The notes under the pieces: model-generated
Database searches by the model: none
Told to the model about the DNA's origin: nothing
The model's input: only the letters and a program-made list of their open reading frames with translations
Origin: a bacterium
Lineage (GTDB): Bacteria > Hinthialibacterota > Hinthialibacteria > Hinthialibacterales > Hinthialibacteraceae
Assembly: GCA_963663405.2 (NCBI GenBank)
Contig: CAXXSM010000125.1
Coordinates: 1-51,373 of the forward strand
Reading direction: 5' to 3'
DNA: 51,373 nucleotides
Shown here: positions 1 through 10,884 of the stretch, piece after piece
Numbering within the stretch: position 1 is the first letter of the stretch
How the letters are laid out: each line of letters begins with the position of its first letter
Translations under genes and position numbers: made by a program

Positions 1-86
1 CTATTATACTCAGTTTTAGAGTATTTGTACAAACATCTGTGGGTACATGGACTTTAAAAAAACTGGATCAGGGAATTTTATCTTAT

Positions 87-351
87 TAACTGATGTTACG
101 CGGATTCGACTAATTATCTATTAATTTACAGAGAAAAAATAGAGAGATTGATCTTTCTTTGTCAGAATCTGGTAAGACCGGGCAGTCACGAGGTCTGCTT
201 TAACATATTTAAAGGATATTCAGGATGTGAATCATCACGAAGGAATTTATCATTGAATTCCAATAAAAAAATCCTGGTCATCCTTTTATCTTGACCATCC
301 TGATTCAGACAAAAAAAATTCTTAACCGGTTAATTTACGTAACATCAGTTA
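87..351. mobile_element. MITE-like non-coding element with 14-bp terminal inverted repeats
   Basis: TAACTGATGTTACG (87-100) is the exact reverse complement of CGTAACATCAGTTA (338-351); no ORF inside; encloses a second inverted-repeat element (159-312). Confidence 0.55.
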
Positions 352-460
352 TTAATCACTGGATGGTTATGGAAATAACCGGTATTTACACTGAAACATT
401 CACTTTTTCTGTCCTGGCATAATTCCAAACAATCTTGAACAATCAACAATCAATCCCCCC

Positions 461-2596
461 TTATTTCCCCTCCTCCACCAACGCGTTGTAATTCCACTTC
501 AACGCCAATAACGATCCGCCGATAAAAGCGAAGATCACGAAAAGATAGAATAGACTATCCCATCCGTACGTAAGCGTCACATAAGCCACCACATAACCCG
601 ATGCCGTTTGCCCGATGGAACCGATCCCGTTGATAAATCCAGCGGCGGTCGCGGCGCCGTGTTTCGAACCGACGTCCTGCGCCGCCGCGCCTGTCATTAA
701 TGTGTCCGGGCCGAACGTCATAAATCCGATGAGTGCGATCCCGATCGCGTTCCCCAAATGGCTCCAGGCCGCTAAATGGGGATGAATAAGAAAGGCGATC
801 GCTAACCCCCAAAGCATCAACGCCCCCACCGGCATCCGGCGCGATTGAAAGAGCTTATCAGAAAAATAACCCGCCGCGACCGCGCCCATAAATCCTACCA
901 GTTCGAATATAGAGGATGTATATCCAGCTTCTTCTCCGCCGTATCCCAGGTGGTCTTTCATATACAACGGCAGCCAGAACAGGAAAGCGTAGCGGGTTAA
1001 TTTCAAAAAGAAATACATAATGGAAATCAACCAGACGGATGGGACGGATATTACCTCAAGAAAGATCTCCATGGAACTTTTCGTTTTCTTTTCGTTGAAT
1101 TCGGATAAATCCGCGCCACTCTTTGGTTCTACGATATCATCTTTGACAATCTCAGGCACTCCAACGTCGGCCGGTTTGTTGCGAGTCAGAATAATAAACG
1201 CGAGCCAGATCACACTCAGCAAAATCGCGGGAAACCAGAATCCCCGCTTCCAACCCAGTTCAGGGAACAAGGGCGCGCGATACACGCAATACGTCGCGAA
1301 ATTGGTCGCGATGAATCCTCCAAGCACGTAGTTCGTTCCCCACCAGGCCATCACAATGCCCCGCTCTTTACGACGGAACCAGAACGCCATGTTCTTTACT
1401 AAACCCGACCATCCCGTCGATTGTCCCGCGCCGTTCAATGGATAGAGAATCATCAAAACGAGAATAAACGGCGCGACCATTGTCGTGATTTGAAGCGTAA
1501 AGAAACTGTCAAACGACAACCGGTTCAACCGGCTCCGCTCCGTTTCTCCTCTCTCTTGCGCATGTGTGAGAGCCTCGTTGAACGTCGCGGTCAAATGGGT
1601 CCGCAAAACTTCCGAAGGAGGAGCCTCGTCGCTTTCGTAATCGGAAAGGGCTTGTACAGCCGCTTCCGGAAGAAGCGTATATAAATAACGCGAGATCGAA
1701 TCGTCCCACGCCTTGACCCGGCTTGCGATCGCCGTCCATTCCTCTTCATCAAATGACACGTTGTTGTGTATCGGCTGATGCAGAATCGTTTGATTCAATC
1801 CTTCGATCAATAATTCCAGAAGTTCGTCTGAAGGGGGATTCGAATCATCGTATGCGTTAATCTGTTGTTGTGTGTCTTCTGGAAGCTGAGCGTATAGCCA
1901 TTGCGCTAAAGGATGGTTGCGCTGTTGGATTTGAACGATCAACGCATCTGGTTTTTTGATATCATCTTCTTCTAGGACCGGGTAATGTTCATTCTTCTCA
2001 TCGATCGAATCCTCTAATACGGTCGCGATAAGATATCGGTTTAACCGCACGGAGATCAGATCGCCATTCTCAAAGAGCCGGTTGATCTCGTTGACAAGAG
2101 ATTCCAGCAGCGAGGCGGATGGAGGAGACGTTGGATCGTAGGCGTCAAGAGATTGACGCGCCGAGTTAGAGAGCCGCTCCTTCAGGTACTGTTCGAAGGG
2201 ATCGTCCGCTGTTTTTAATTCACTGACAAATGCGGTGGGCGCCTTGATTTCCGCCGGCTGCAGCAAAGGAGAACGTGTTTCCACCCCCGTCCCCCAATAG
2301 CCGAATCCCATGATCACATTTGAAAAAATCGAGATAAACAATCCCGCGCCGACAATCAGCCGGGGACCGAACCGGTCAGACAAAACACCATTAACAAACT
2401 GACCAATCGCATAGAGAAGACTATATAAAGCCAGGATCGTGGCAAAATGATACTCCGTAAATCCGAGGATCTTCAATTCGGGCATGATGACACTGAAATT
2501 CTTGCGGCATAAATAGAATCCCGCATATCCCAGCCAGGTGATGACGAATATTCGAATCCGCCATGCGCGTTGTTGTTTGCTCAAATCATCATTCAT
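461..2596 (-). CDS. MFS transporter, OPA (GlpT/UhpT-like) family, with a ~265-aa soluble insertion
   Basis: YAGFYLCRKNFS, GVLSDRFGPR, WFRRKERG and AGYFSDK motifs; likely start MNDD at 2596 behind a GGAG RBS. Confidence 0.85.
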   Translation of the reverse strand: MNDDLSKQQRAWRIRIFVITWLGYAGFYLCRKNFSVIMPELKILGFTEYHFATILALYSLLYAIGQFVNGVLSDRFGPRLIVGAGLFISIFSNVIMGFGYWGTGVETRSPLLQPAEIKAPTAFVSELKTADDPFEQYLKERLSNSARQSLDAYDPTSPPSASLLESLVNEINRLFENGDLISVRLNRYLIATVLEDSIDEKNEHYPVLEEDDIKKPDALIVQIQQRNHPLAQWLYAQLPEDTQQQINAYDDSNPPSDELLELLIEGLNQTILHQPIHNNVSFDEEEWTAIASRVKAWDDSISRYLYTLLPEAAVQALSDYESDEAPPSEVLRTHLTATFNEALTHAQERGETERSRLNRLSFDSFFTLQITTMVAPFILVLMILYPLNGAGQSTGWSGLVKNMAFWFRRKERGIVMAWWGTNYVLGGFIATNFATYCVYRAPLFPELGWKRGFWFPAILLSVIWLAFIILTRNKPADVGVPEIVKDDIVEPKSGADLSEFNEKKTKSSMEIFLEVISVPSVWLISIMYFFLKLTRYAFLFWLPLYMKDHLGYGGEEAGYTSSIFELVGFMGAVAAGYFSDKLFQSRRMPVGALMLWGLAIAFLIHPHLAAWSHLGNAIGIALIGFMTFGPDTLMTGAAAQDVGSKHGAATAAGFINGIGSIGQTASGYVVAYVTLTYGWDSLFYLFVIFAFIGGSLLALKWNYNALVEEGK

Positions 2597-2865
2597 TCCA
2601 ATACTCCAATCCGGTCCAGTAGAACGATACACTATGTAAAATCTACGTTTCAGGAACTTGTAATTACAATATACTAATCTAGCCACTCTATTCACAGCGC
2701 TATCGTACGTCAACCATACTGCGCCTGATTAACGAATATTAAATACTTCCAACGCCCGTCCGTTTCTTTCGTTGACCGCTAGGATAGGGAAGAGTAGTAT
2801 TGTTTTTTAGACTCGGTTCGCTCGTGATTTTTAATCATGAAGTGTTTTGTGAAAAGGAGTATGGA

Positions 2866-4347
2866 ATGAGTGTATCTGTATTGAAAAATTATATGAATGG
2901 ACAGTGGGTGGAAGCCGAGAACGATGGTTTGATCGATGTGGAAAATCCCAGCACGGGTGAGATTCTCGCGAAGAATCCCCTCTCCACAACAGCGGAAACC
3001 AACCGCGCTATCGACGCGGCCCACGCGGCGTTTCAAACCTGGAGCCAAACGCCTGTCTCCCGCCGCGTACAGCCGATGTACAAACTGGTGGAATTGATCC
3101 GCGAAAATGAAGAAAAGATCGCCCGCGTTCTCGTGGCGGAAATGGGAAAATCCGTCATGGACGCCCGCGCGGAAATGAAACGCGTCCTGGAAAACTGCGA
3201 AGTGGCCTGCGGGATGCCCATTCTCCAGCAGGGGGATAAGTTGATCGGCTGTTCGTATGGCATCGACGGCGAAGTCATCCACGTCCCCATCGGCGTTTTC
3301 GCGATGATCGCCCCATTCAATTTCCCCGCGATGGTTCCCTTCTGGTTCGTGCCCTACGCGCTGACGACGGGAAACACCTTTGTTGTGAAGGCCTCCTCCC
3401 AAGTGCCCATGACGATGGGACTCTTGACGGAATACATCAATCAAGCCGGATTCCCCGCGGGAACGTTCAACCTCGTCAACGGCAGCCGCGCCGTCTCAGA
3501 AGCGTTCTTAAGCAATCCCAAAGTGCGCGGCGTATCCCTGGTCGGCTCAACGCCGACGTGTGAGATCATCGCCGAACGCTGCGCGAAAGCGAACAAGCGC
3601 TTCCAAGCGATGGGGGGAGCGAAGAACCACCTCGTCGTCATGCCGGACGCGAAAATCGATGAAGTCGTCCGCAACATGTCCACCTCCTGCTATGGCTGCG
3701 CCGGACAGCGCTGCATGGCCTCCTCGGCCATTATCGCCATTGGAGACGAGGTCTACAAAACCGTCTGCGAAAAATTTATCGAAGATTCCAAACTGGTCAT
3801 CGTAGGCAATCCCCTCGATCCGGACAACATCGATGAGCCGCTCCTGATGGGCCCCGTGATCTCAGCGAAAGCGAAAAAATTCATTGAGGGAATGATCGAG
3901 ACCGGCGTCCAGGAAGGCGCCACACTCGCCCTGGATGGACGCGGCGCCGAAGTGCCCGGCTGCGAAAAAGGCCACTTCATCGGCCCGACAGTCTTCACCG
4001 ATGTCAAACCGGGCATGGAAATCCACAAAACGGAAATCTTCGGCCCCGTCGTAGTCATCCTGAAGGCCGATTCATTGGACGAAGCCATCCAGATCATCAA
4101 CAATCACCAATACGGAAACGGAGCCTCGATCTACACCCAAAACGGCCACTACGCCCGTGAATTCAAACTCAAGGTCGAATGCGGCATGATCGGCGTCAAC
4201 ATCGGCATCCCCGCCCCGGTCGCCTATCTCCCCTTCGGAGGCCAGAAAGCCTCCCAATGGGCCGACATCAAAGCCCAGGGCAAAGCCGTAATCAACTTCT
4301 TCACCGAAGACCGCATCATCACCGAACGCTACTGGCCGGAACCATAA
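2866..4347 (+). CDS. mmsA: CoA-acylating (methyl)malonate-semialdehyde dehydrogenase (MmsA/IolA family)
   Basis: IAPFNFPAM, VGST, MGGAKNH, catalytic AGQRCMA, EIFGPV, YGNGASIYT and GINIGIPAP-like motifs; AAGGAG RBS before ATG 2866. Confidence 0.88.
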   Translation: MSVSVLKNYMNGQWVEAENDGLIDVENPSTGEILAKNPLSTTAETNRAIDAAHAAFQTWSQTPVSRRVQPMYKLVELIRENEEKIARVLVAEMGKSVMDARAEMKRVLENCEVACGMPILQQGDKLIGCSYGIDGEVIHVPIGVFAMIAPFNFPAMVPFWFVPYALTTGNTFVVKASSQVPMTMGLLTEYINQAGFPAGTFNLVNGSRAVSEAFLSNPKVRGVSLVGSTPTCEIIAERCAKANKRFQAMGGAKNHLVVMPDAKIDEVVRNMSTSCYGCAGQRCMASSAIIAIGDEVYKTVCEKFIEDSKLVIVGNPLDPDNIDEPLLMGPVISAKAKKFIEGMIETGVQEGATLALDGRGAEVPGCEKGHFIGPTVFTDVKPGMEIHKTEIFGPVVVILKADSLDEAIQIINNHQYGNGASIYTQNGHYAREFKLKVECGMIGVNIGIPAPVAYLPFGGQKASQWADIKAQGKAVINFFTEDRIITERYWPEP

Positions 4348-4375
4348 GAATTTGCCTGATCCATGAGGTAAGAAT

Positions 4376-4397
4376 GGAACGCGGGCGTCCCCGCCCG
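4376..4397. repeat. REP-like GC-rich palindrome (family A, copy 1)
   Basis: GGAACGCGGGCGTCCCCGCCCG; related inverted copy at 31451-31474. Confidence 0.55.
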
Positions 4398-4411
4398 TGA
4401 TTGATAGCCTT

Positions 4412-4444
4412 GTAGGATGGGCTAAAAGCGAAGCATAGCCCACC
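4412..4444 (+). repeat. GTAG-type REP element (copy 1)
   Basis: GTAG followed by a TGGGCTA...TAGCCCA stem; related element at 15687-15716. Confidence 0.6.
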
Positions 4445-4458
4445 AAAATAACAGCATA

Positions 4459-4545
4459 TTGAATCACGAATTTTACGGATAAAGCACGAAGTCCTCATAT
4501 CATTTTCCGTGCAATCCACCTCCATCCGAGTCATCCGTGATTCAA
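4459..4545. repeat. Short inverted-repeat element (TTGAATCACG...CGTGATTCAA)
   Basis: 12 of 13 terminal bases complementary; intergenic. Confidence 0.5.
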
Positions 4546-4582
4546 ACAAGGAAGGTTCTAACCTCACCTTTTCAATTAAAAT

Positions 4583-4618
4583 AAAATCCGCTCCTGGCCG
4601 CAAAGACCAGGGGCGGTT
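4583..4618 (-). terminator. Rho-independent terminator-like hairpin
   Basis: CCGCTCCTGG/CCAGGGGCGG stem with an A-tract on the left, just after the stop at 4626. Confidence 0.5.
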
Positions 4619-4625
4619 GCATGAA

Positions 4626-4898
4626 TCATTCTTCTGGCTGGAAAAGCGAAGCGCCGGACACTCTGGTGGTTAGATCGCTGATTTTGAAAACTTTTGTCAC
4701 TTCTTCGGTATACAGTATTACGTGTTTACTGTCGGGAGTGAAACGCATAGCGAGATAAGATGGAGTATTGAACATCCAAATTTCCCTGCATATCCCATTA
4801 TCCTCCAATCGTTGCAACCGGATTCCTCGATTTGTCAAAAGAGTCGTAATATAATTGCCATCTGGAGTTATATGGGTACTTGTTGATCTTCCATCCAT
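4626..4898 (-). pseudogene. C-terminal fragment of a WD40/beta-propeller-like protein
   Basis: ITPDGNYI and FTPDSKHV blade-like motifs; no intact upstream portion. Confidence 0.4.
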
Positions 4899-5173
4899 TC
4901 GATTAAACTCTTGGACAACTTCAAGAGTATTGATATCATACGTCCGATACCGCTAACCTACTACTCCCTTACTGGTATCTTCGATTGATACTCTTTCAAT
5001 TAACCATTCTTTAAGATATTATTGAAATCGGCCTTCATGAATTCATGAAGGCCACTATTTTAAATGGCGCCGGTAAATTTCTAAATTGGAAAGGGATCAT
5101 TTTGTATTAACAATAATATTGTCAATTGGTAAGCGGCGACCCGATTCAGCCTGGAAAGTCACACGTGGTCTGA

Positions 5174-6791
5174 TTACTTGTTGATAGGTGCAATTGGGTT
5201 CGGCTCTAGATCCGTCTGTATGATCTCAAAACAGCATACCGATTGTGTAGAAGCGGCTGGGAGAGTGAGAAAGACGAGATTACCGTCCCTTTCGATCGTT
5301 GCTGCATGTCCATTTAGAGAAGCGTTAACCTTGGTTGCGCCAGAGCCGGTAGAAAGCCTAACTCCTAATCGTTGGCTGCCGCCGCAATAAGTTCCTGTAA
5401 TTTGTCCCTGCCGCATCCTGTATTGAAGCCGCCGATCACGCCACACGAGAGTTTGTCCAAAGCCATTCTTCCAGTACTTTTCCGGGACAGTTGGATCAAG
5501 CGTTAGCGTTCCATCCAAACCCATTTCAACTCCAAACAAGAAGTTTTGAACGATTCGGATTAGATTGGCGGGATATTCGCAATATTTTTCCGCGCCGTAA
5601 CCGCCTTTCTCGTTATACCGCTCCTGCCAGTAATAGTCATTTTCCCGCCCGGCTTTACACACCCGTTGAATCGAATCCACAAGGCCTTGACCATCCCCCA
5701 TACGCGCTCGCGCCCAGGCTTCCAGATACCAGACGCGCCCCATAGCCGCTAGATCCATCGTATCGGAGTACGTAGATTCCCAGGGTTTATAGGTCTCCGG
5801 AAATGTGGCGATGCCTGTAGGCATGCCGCCATAATAAAATCGTTTCTCATCCTTCAATCTCGGCCAGAGACAAGCGCGCTGCCCGGCGCTGGCGGCGCCA
5901 GTCGCTATCGCGCACCAGTCCACATCAGTCAAACCATGATTGGAGATGAGTCCACGCTCCGGATGGATGTATTCGGCAAAATGATCCGTAAGCCAAAACC
6001 GGTTTCGGAAGTGAGATTCAATCTGGTCAGCGATATTACGGTATTTTCTGGCGGTCTCGTTGCCGTCAGCGATCTCGTTCAATGCGGCTGCCCGCCGGAA
6101 CGCATCGATCGCATGGCACTGTGATACGCCATCATATTCAATGCGCGTTGGACGTTCAACATAATAACCTGCGCCCTTGATCGCGCCGTCATCGGTCATT
6201 AGCGATGCCAGGAAATCAGCTGCGCGGTTGATGGACGGGAGTTGTTTTAGGAGCCACTCGATGTCCTGTGTAAAGCGGAAGATGGAGTCAGCGTTTTGGA
6301 TGTAAGTTGGGCTGGCCAGCGCCCGCAAAGGATCACCGGGTACCCAGTGGCGATAGAGGCCGCCGTTCGCATCCACTTTCGATTGGTAAGAAGGGGGTCC
6401 AATCCATTGGCCTGCGCTGGCTGGTAGAATCGCCAATGGGAGTTGTCCATTCGATCTTTGAAACTGCGTAACATAATCCCAGTTCGCTTTCACAACATCG
6501 GCCTGGCCCAACCAAAGCAGCGCGCCGGTCATCTGGTGTCCGTCCAGCGAAGGATAGGTATTACCGTATCCGAATCCTTGACCGTCGGCGCAAACCGACC
6601 AGTATCCGGGAAAGACCTTTGGATTTACGGCGGCCAATACATTTTTTTTTCGCCGCATTTTCATAGGCTTCTGCGATTTGAGCGTCGGGAAAATCCAATA
6701 ACGCAATCTCCGCCCCCTGAATTGTACAGACTGCTATGCTCATGGAAATCGCAATGGAGAGATTCGATAGAAACGTTTTCATCATTTTCAA
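5174..6791 (-). CDS. Secreted (alpha/alpha)6-barrel glycoside hydrolase-like protein, frameshifted
   Basis: Signal peptide in ORF 6561-6791 joins ORF 5174-6706 across an A9 run (6642-6650); FQRSNGQLP, WQERY and KYCEYP motifs resemble six-hairpin glycosidases. Confidence 0.6.
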
Positions 6792-6986
6792 CCTATGGAA
6801 TCGCTACGATATTATTATCTAATCTATTATATTTCAAGCCGTTTTTTGGTTGACGAACAGCCGTTGTATTTGTATCTTCGAAACGGCGTCGTTCAATAAA
6901 GTATGAAGAAACCAAAAAATTTTCGTAACAAGTCATATGACAGTGATAAAATTACGATAATCATAATTCATAGCATGATGAGAGCT

Positions 6987-7034
6987 ATTCTCCCCCCAAG
7001 CCTGGGGGGAGTTAGAGGGGGGTTGACGATCGAT
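6987..7034 (+). repeat. CTCCCCCC...GGGGGGAGTTAG palindromic element (copy 1)
   Basis: Same arms as 10816-10884. Confidence 0.65.
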
Positions 7035-7185
7035 AAATCTAATCCTCTTTCCATACGTCGGCTGAATTTATAAATTAAATCAAAAAACCATCCTAAATTA
7101 TTTATTTATCCTCACGCGCGCCTATGACAAGGGCTATGTTGTAATACTATTGATGCTTTGAATCCAATAAGTTTAGGAGGTATTT

Positions 7186-8160
7186 ATGAAGTTCCACCAT
7201 GCCGCGTTAGTAATAATCATACTTATGGGCGCATTCGCCAGCGTTGCGAGTGAACCGGAATCAATAAAAAGACCGAATATCGTAAAACTTGGTACAATTG
7301 ATCTGGATTTGGTCGAGTGCACGCCCATTGTATTCAAAGATCGTCTTTATCGTTTCGAATATGTCCGCGAGCGGTATAAACCCAATACGACAGGGGATTC
7401 CTATTTCCGGTTTATCGATATGGAAACAAACGAGCCAACGAAGGGATTTGCCAAGGGCTATCATTTGGGCAGCGCTTTTGTCGATAGGGACAAGGTTTAT
7501 GTAACTGGTGTCGATATTTGGGGGGGAAGCCGGATCGAACTGTTTGTTTCCTCGGATTTAGAAAATTGGGAGCAGCGAACCGCGCTGAATATTTCGAAAT
7601 ACAAGATCTATAACACATCTCTTTGCAAAGCGGAAAACGGTTATGTGATGATGTTCGAAATCGGCGCCCCACCGGAGGGAAGCGGGCGCGCGGTTTACCG
7701 CCCGTTTCGCTACATCAAACGATCTTCTCACCTGGACCGTTACCCCCCCCGGATTGTGTATATTCAAAGGACCGCTATACGGCGCCGCATTGTCTACGTT
7801 TCCTTGACGGCTTTTTTTACAACTTCTATCTGGAAGCTCATGAAGGGTATGAAATGCGCGTGGTTCGTTCCAAGGATCTCATACACTGGGAACCAAGCCC
7901 GCTCAATCCCGTTTTGCGGCCATTCCCCAGAGGACAAAAAGATCGCCAATCCAAAACTAACAGCCGGCCAGCGAAAAGCGATTGCCGAAGCGAAGAATAT
8001 TAACAATTCTGATATTGACTTCTGTGAATACCAGGGCAGGACAGTGATTCTTTATTCGTGGGGAAATCAGCAGGGTAAGGAATTTCTCGCGGAGGCGGCC
8101 TATGCGGGAACGGAAGCGTCGTTCATACGCGCTTGGTTTAAAGAGGACAACAATCGCTAG
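7186..8160 (+). CDS. Secreted beta-propeller glycosidase-like protein with compensating internal frameshifts
   Basis: GGAGG RBS, signal peptide, repeated SxDLxxW motifs; plausible middle segment (PDCVYSKDRY...RSKDLIHWEPSPLNPVL) lies in another frame (7623-8003). Confidence 0.6.
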   Translation: MKFHHAALVIIILMGAFASVASEPESIKRPNIVKLGTIDLDLVECTPIVFKDRLYRFEYVRERYKPNTTGDSYFRFIDMETNEPTKGFAKGYHLGSAFVDRDKVYVTGVDIWGGSRIELFVSSDLENWEQRTALNISKYKIYNTSLCKAENGYVMMFEIGAPPEGSGRAVYRPFRYIKRSSHLDRYPPRIVYIQRTAIRRRIVYVSLTAFFTTSIWKLMKGMKCAWFVPRISYTGNQARSIPFCGHSPEDKKIANPKLTAGQRKAIAEAKNINNSDIDFCEYQGRTVILYSWGNQQGKEFLAEAAYAGTEASFIRAWFKEDNNR

Positions 8161-8221
8161 TGAATTTCTATGACGCGCGCTGTTCGGGTATTTGGACTCG
8201 ATCGAGATGGATTTTATAGGA

Positions 8222-10031
8222 TTATGGATTGACTCCTCGTGTTAAAAGTTGCTTGAATTCATCAAAGTGATTTGTATATACATCTCGTGGATTGATTGTA
8301 TACTTTTTGCACAAAAAAGCCGCCAAGCCTACTACTTCTCCCATCAAACCACCCGTTCGCATAACGCGGAACGGTTCCCAACGCGTCATGTGTGACGCTG
8401 ATATCGCGGCCTGCCATAAACAGATTTGTTATATTTCTGGAATAAAAAACAGCGATAAGGCACATAGTACGGCTTCTCGTAATCGGTGTAATGCGCCGTG
8501 GCAAGAAACGCGTCTCCCTCAAAACTCTGCTCGTATTGCTTATTCGGTAGATGGAGATCGATTTTCCAGCCTGTGACGACACATCCATCAATAAAGTCTT
8601 TGCCGCTCAGTAGATCTTCTTTTTGACAAGATCACATCCCCTAATAAGCGCCGGGATTCCCGTTTTCCCAGAAATATATGCGCACCAATTCAATTTGTGA
8701 TTCGCGTAGATTTTGTCTATGTTTTTAAGGCAATCCCAAGCGCCATACATCGCCCGAAAATTCCAGTCTCGAATGTACTCTCCTTTTTCGAAAGGATCGT
8801 GATAGAATCCGCTTTCCCAATACCAACCGCCCAATTTAGTGATACCGCCTTCGCCCCCACGTCCAGGAAACGGCTTCGAACTTAAATCAAGAGCCCACGG
8901 ACAGTGGGGAAAGGATACTGGTTTCTCTGTCTCTTTTACGTTCCATAGGTTACAGCGGCCCATATGGCCGTCCAGCGTTAAGTCATAATCAGCCCCGGCA
9001 AGAAAACCAATACAGCCATCTCCCGTGCAATCGGAAAACCATCGTCCTGGGAAACGCAGACGGGCGCCGGTGTTGATATTCTGCGCAATAACCGCCTTGA
9101 TGGCGCCATTTTCCGTTTCCACTTCATTGGCGCGATAGCCAGGGAAAAACGATATGTTCTTTTCCGCTTTTACAAGAGTGATTTTCTTTTCATCTTCATA
9201 TAAATCAGCGGTGTTATCAGGGCCGTAATGGGCTGATTTTTCCTGCTCCAACTCTTGCACAACATCCCCTAGCCGGGGATACTTGACGCCATGAATCTTC
9301 CCCTGAAGCCAGACTCGAATTTCGGAACTGTTGTTTCCTCCGAGTACGGGCCGGTCCTGAATGAAAGCGGTTTTGAGCCCATTTCGCGCTGCGGAGAGGG
9401 CCGCGCAAGTTCCGGCGATACCGCCTCCCACAACAACCATATCGTAGACGCCCGCATCAGGGGGATTCTCTGGATAGCCTAGTAATTTACGGCGAAATCC
9501 ACTCATCTCAGGATCTTGATTCGGTGGAATTCGATCCTTATCTGTTGAAAATAGTATGGCGTCGCAACGGCCTTCAAAACCGGTCAGATCGTGTAAAGCG
9601 ATAGTGATACGCTTCTTATCTATGAAAATAACACCACCATCCTGCCAATTCCAATCAGCGTCTTTGACGCCAAAGATTGGTCTCAATGGGGAATGGTTGA
9701 TGATGATTTGGAACTTTCCTGGAGTTCCTGACGCTTTTTTCGCTGGCGCCGTTGACTCGGTTTTCCACGGTCCAACCCAATCGCGAGTTCTCACCCAAAC
9801 ACGGTACTCGCCTGTTTCGGGAAAATCGATTGTGGTTTCGGCGTCTTCAACAGGAATCCCCAAACCATGCGCGAGTAAGAAGGGGGATCCCATCTCGTCC
9901 ATGAATTGCTGATCCACCACCCATCCACCAAGACGATCGAAGTGTTCTGTTTCAACAAGAACCGTAGAGTCCGCCATATTAACGGTTGCGCGCAATAGTA
10001 GAAATGAAAGCGTCCAGAATTTTATATGCAT
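8222..10031 (-). CDS. FAD-dependent oxidoreductase (FAD_oxidored family), frameshifted C-terminus
   Basis: VVGGGIAG, LGGNNSSE and DCTGDG; C-terminal motifs RESRRLLGD, PYRC/FYSRNITNLFMAGRDIS and RVMRTGG split over frames. Confidence 0.8.
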
Positions 10032-10091
10032 AATTACCTCTCTAAATGAATCCGGTTTAATGATATAGTTTTAAAAAGAGTGATAGATTCC

Positions 10092-10658
10092 CTACGGTCC
10101 AAAGCGATCGATATCACCATCACTGTTTAATCCATTCGTTGTGTCAAAGACGATAATTGTGCCCGAACCGCCCCCTCCGGTATCCGGTTCGTAATCTTGA
10201 TCCGGACCGGCGCCATGCAACACCCAACGGCCAAGCCGGTTCTGCTCTTCGGGTAAATACGTAAAACGATTCCCTGACAGCTTGCCGCTGTCCGCCGTTT
10301 CTGGATCCCAAAATGGATAGGCGCTATCCAATCGATCGTAAACGATTTGTGACCGGAACGGATCGAGTGGAACCGTGCTCATGTATGGGATCGGTGAAGT
10401 CAATTTCGCAAGCCGCGCATATCGCATGTTCGCGGCGGTGTCGGGAGTAGGTGGATAGATGTTATTGTCAAGCCGGTAGGTCTCCAATGCGGTGGCCAAT
10501 GAGCGTTCATCGGCTTCTGTGTTGGCGATTTTGGCTCTTACCTGCGCATTGAGAAAATTCGGTACGGCGATCGCCGCCAGAATACCGATGATGGCGACAA
10601 CGATCAGGAGTTCGATAAGAGTGAACGCGTTATTCATGATGACGTTTTCCTTTCCCAT
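10092..10658 (-). CDS. Prepilin-type N-terminal cleavage/methylation domain protein (GspG/pilin-like)
   Basis: AFTLIELLIVVAIIGILAAIAVPNF; C-terminal GPD...NGLNSDGDI. Confidence 0.85.
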   Translation of the reverse strand: MGKENVIMNNAFTLIELLIVVAIIGILAAIAVPNFLNAQVRAKIANTEADERSLATALETYRLDNNIYPPTPDTAANMRYARLAKLTSPIPYMSTVPLDPFRSQIVYDRLDSAYPFWDPETADSGKLSGNRFTYLPEEQNRLGRWVLHGAGPDQDYEPDTGGGGSGTIIVFDTTNGLNSDGDIDRFGP

Positions 10659-10815
10659 CGCTTAAACAAGAAGATCAAATCAATTCAAATCTGGCGCAAA
10701 TCACGAATCCCCCCTTATAATACAATTGCAGTGGAGATGTTTCAAAGTCTGTAATATGTCAGGCACATGAAGTGATATTGAAACGATAATCAATAGACAA
10801 GGTATCATCGAGCGA

Positions 10816-10884
10816 ATTCTCCCCCCTTAATGCTCCGGCGCGAGCGCCGGTTACTGGGGGGAGTTAGGGGGATTGAGCATCGAT
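10816..10884 (+). repeat. CTCCCCCC...GGGGGGAGTTAG palindromic element (copy 2, enlarged loop)
   Basis: Same arms as 6987-7034; loop contains the hairpin CCGGCGC-GA-GCGCCGG. Confidence 0.65.

Noticed and set aside
5104-5205. attC-like site after the glycosidase gene (GCCGAAC...GTTAATA on the minus strand)
   Set aside because: Arms pair poorly, there is no integron integrase and no second site
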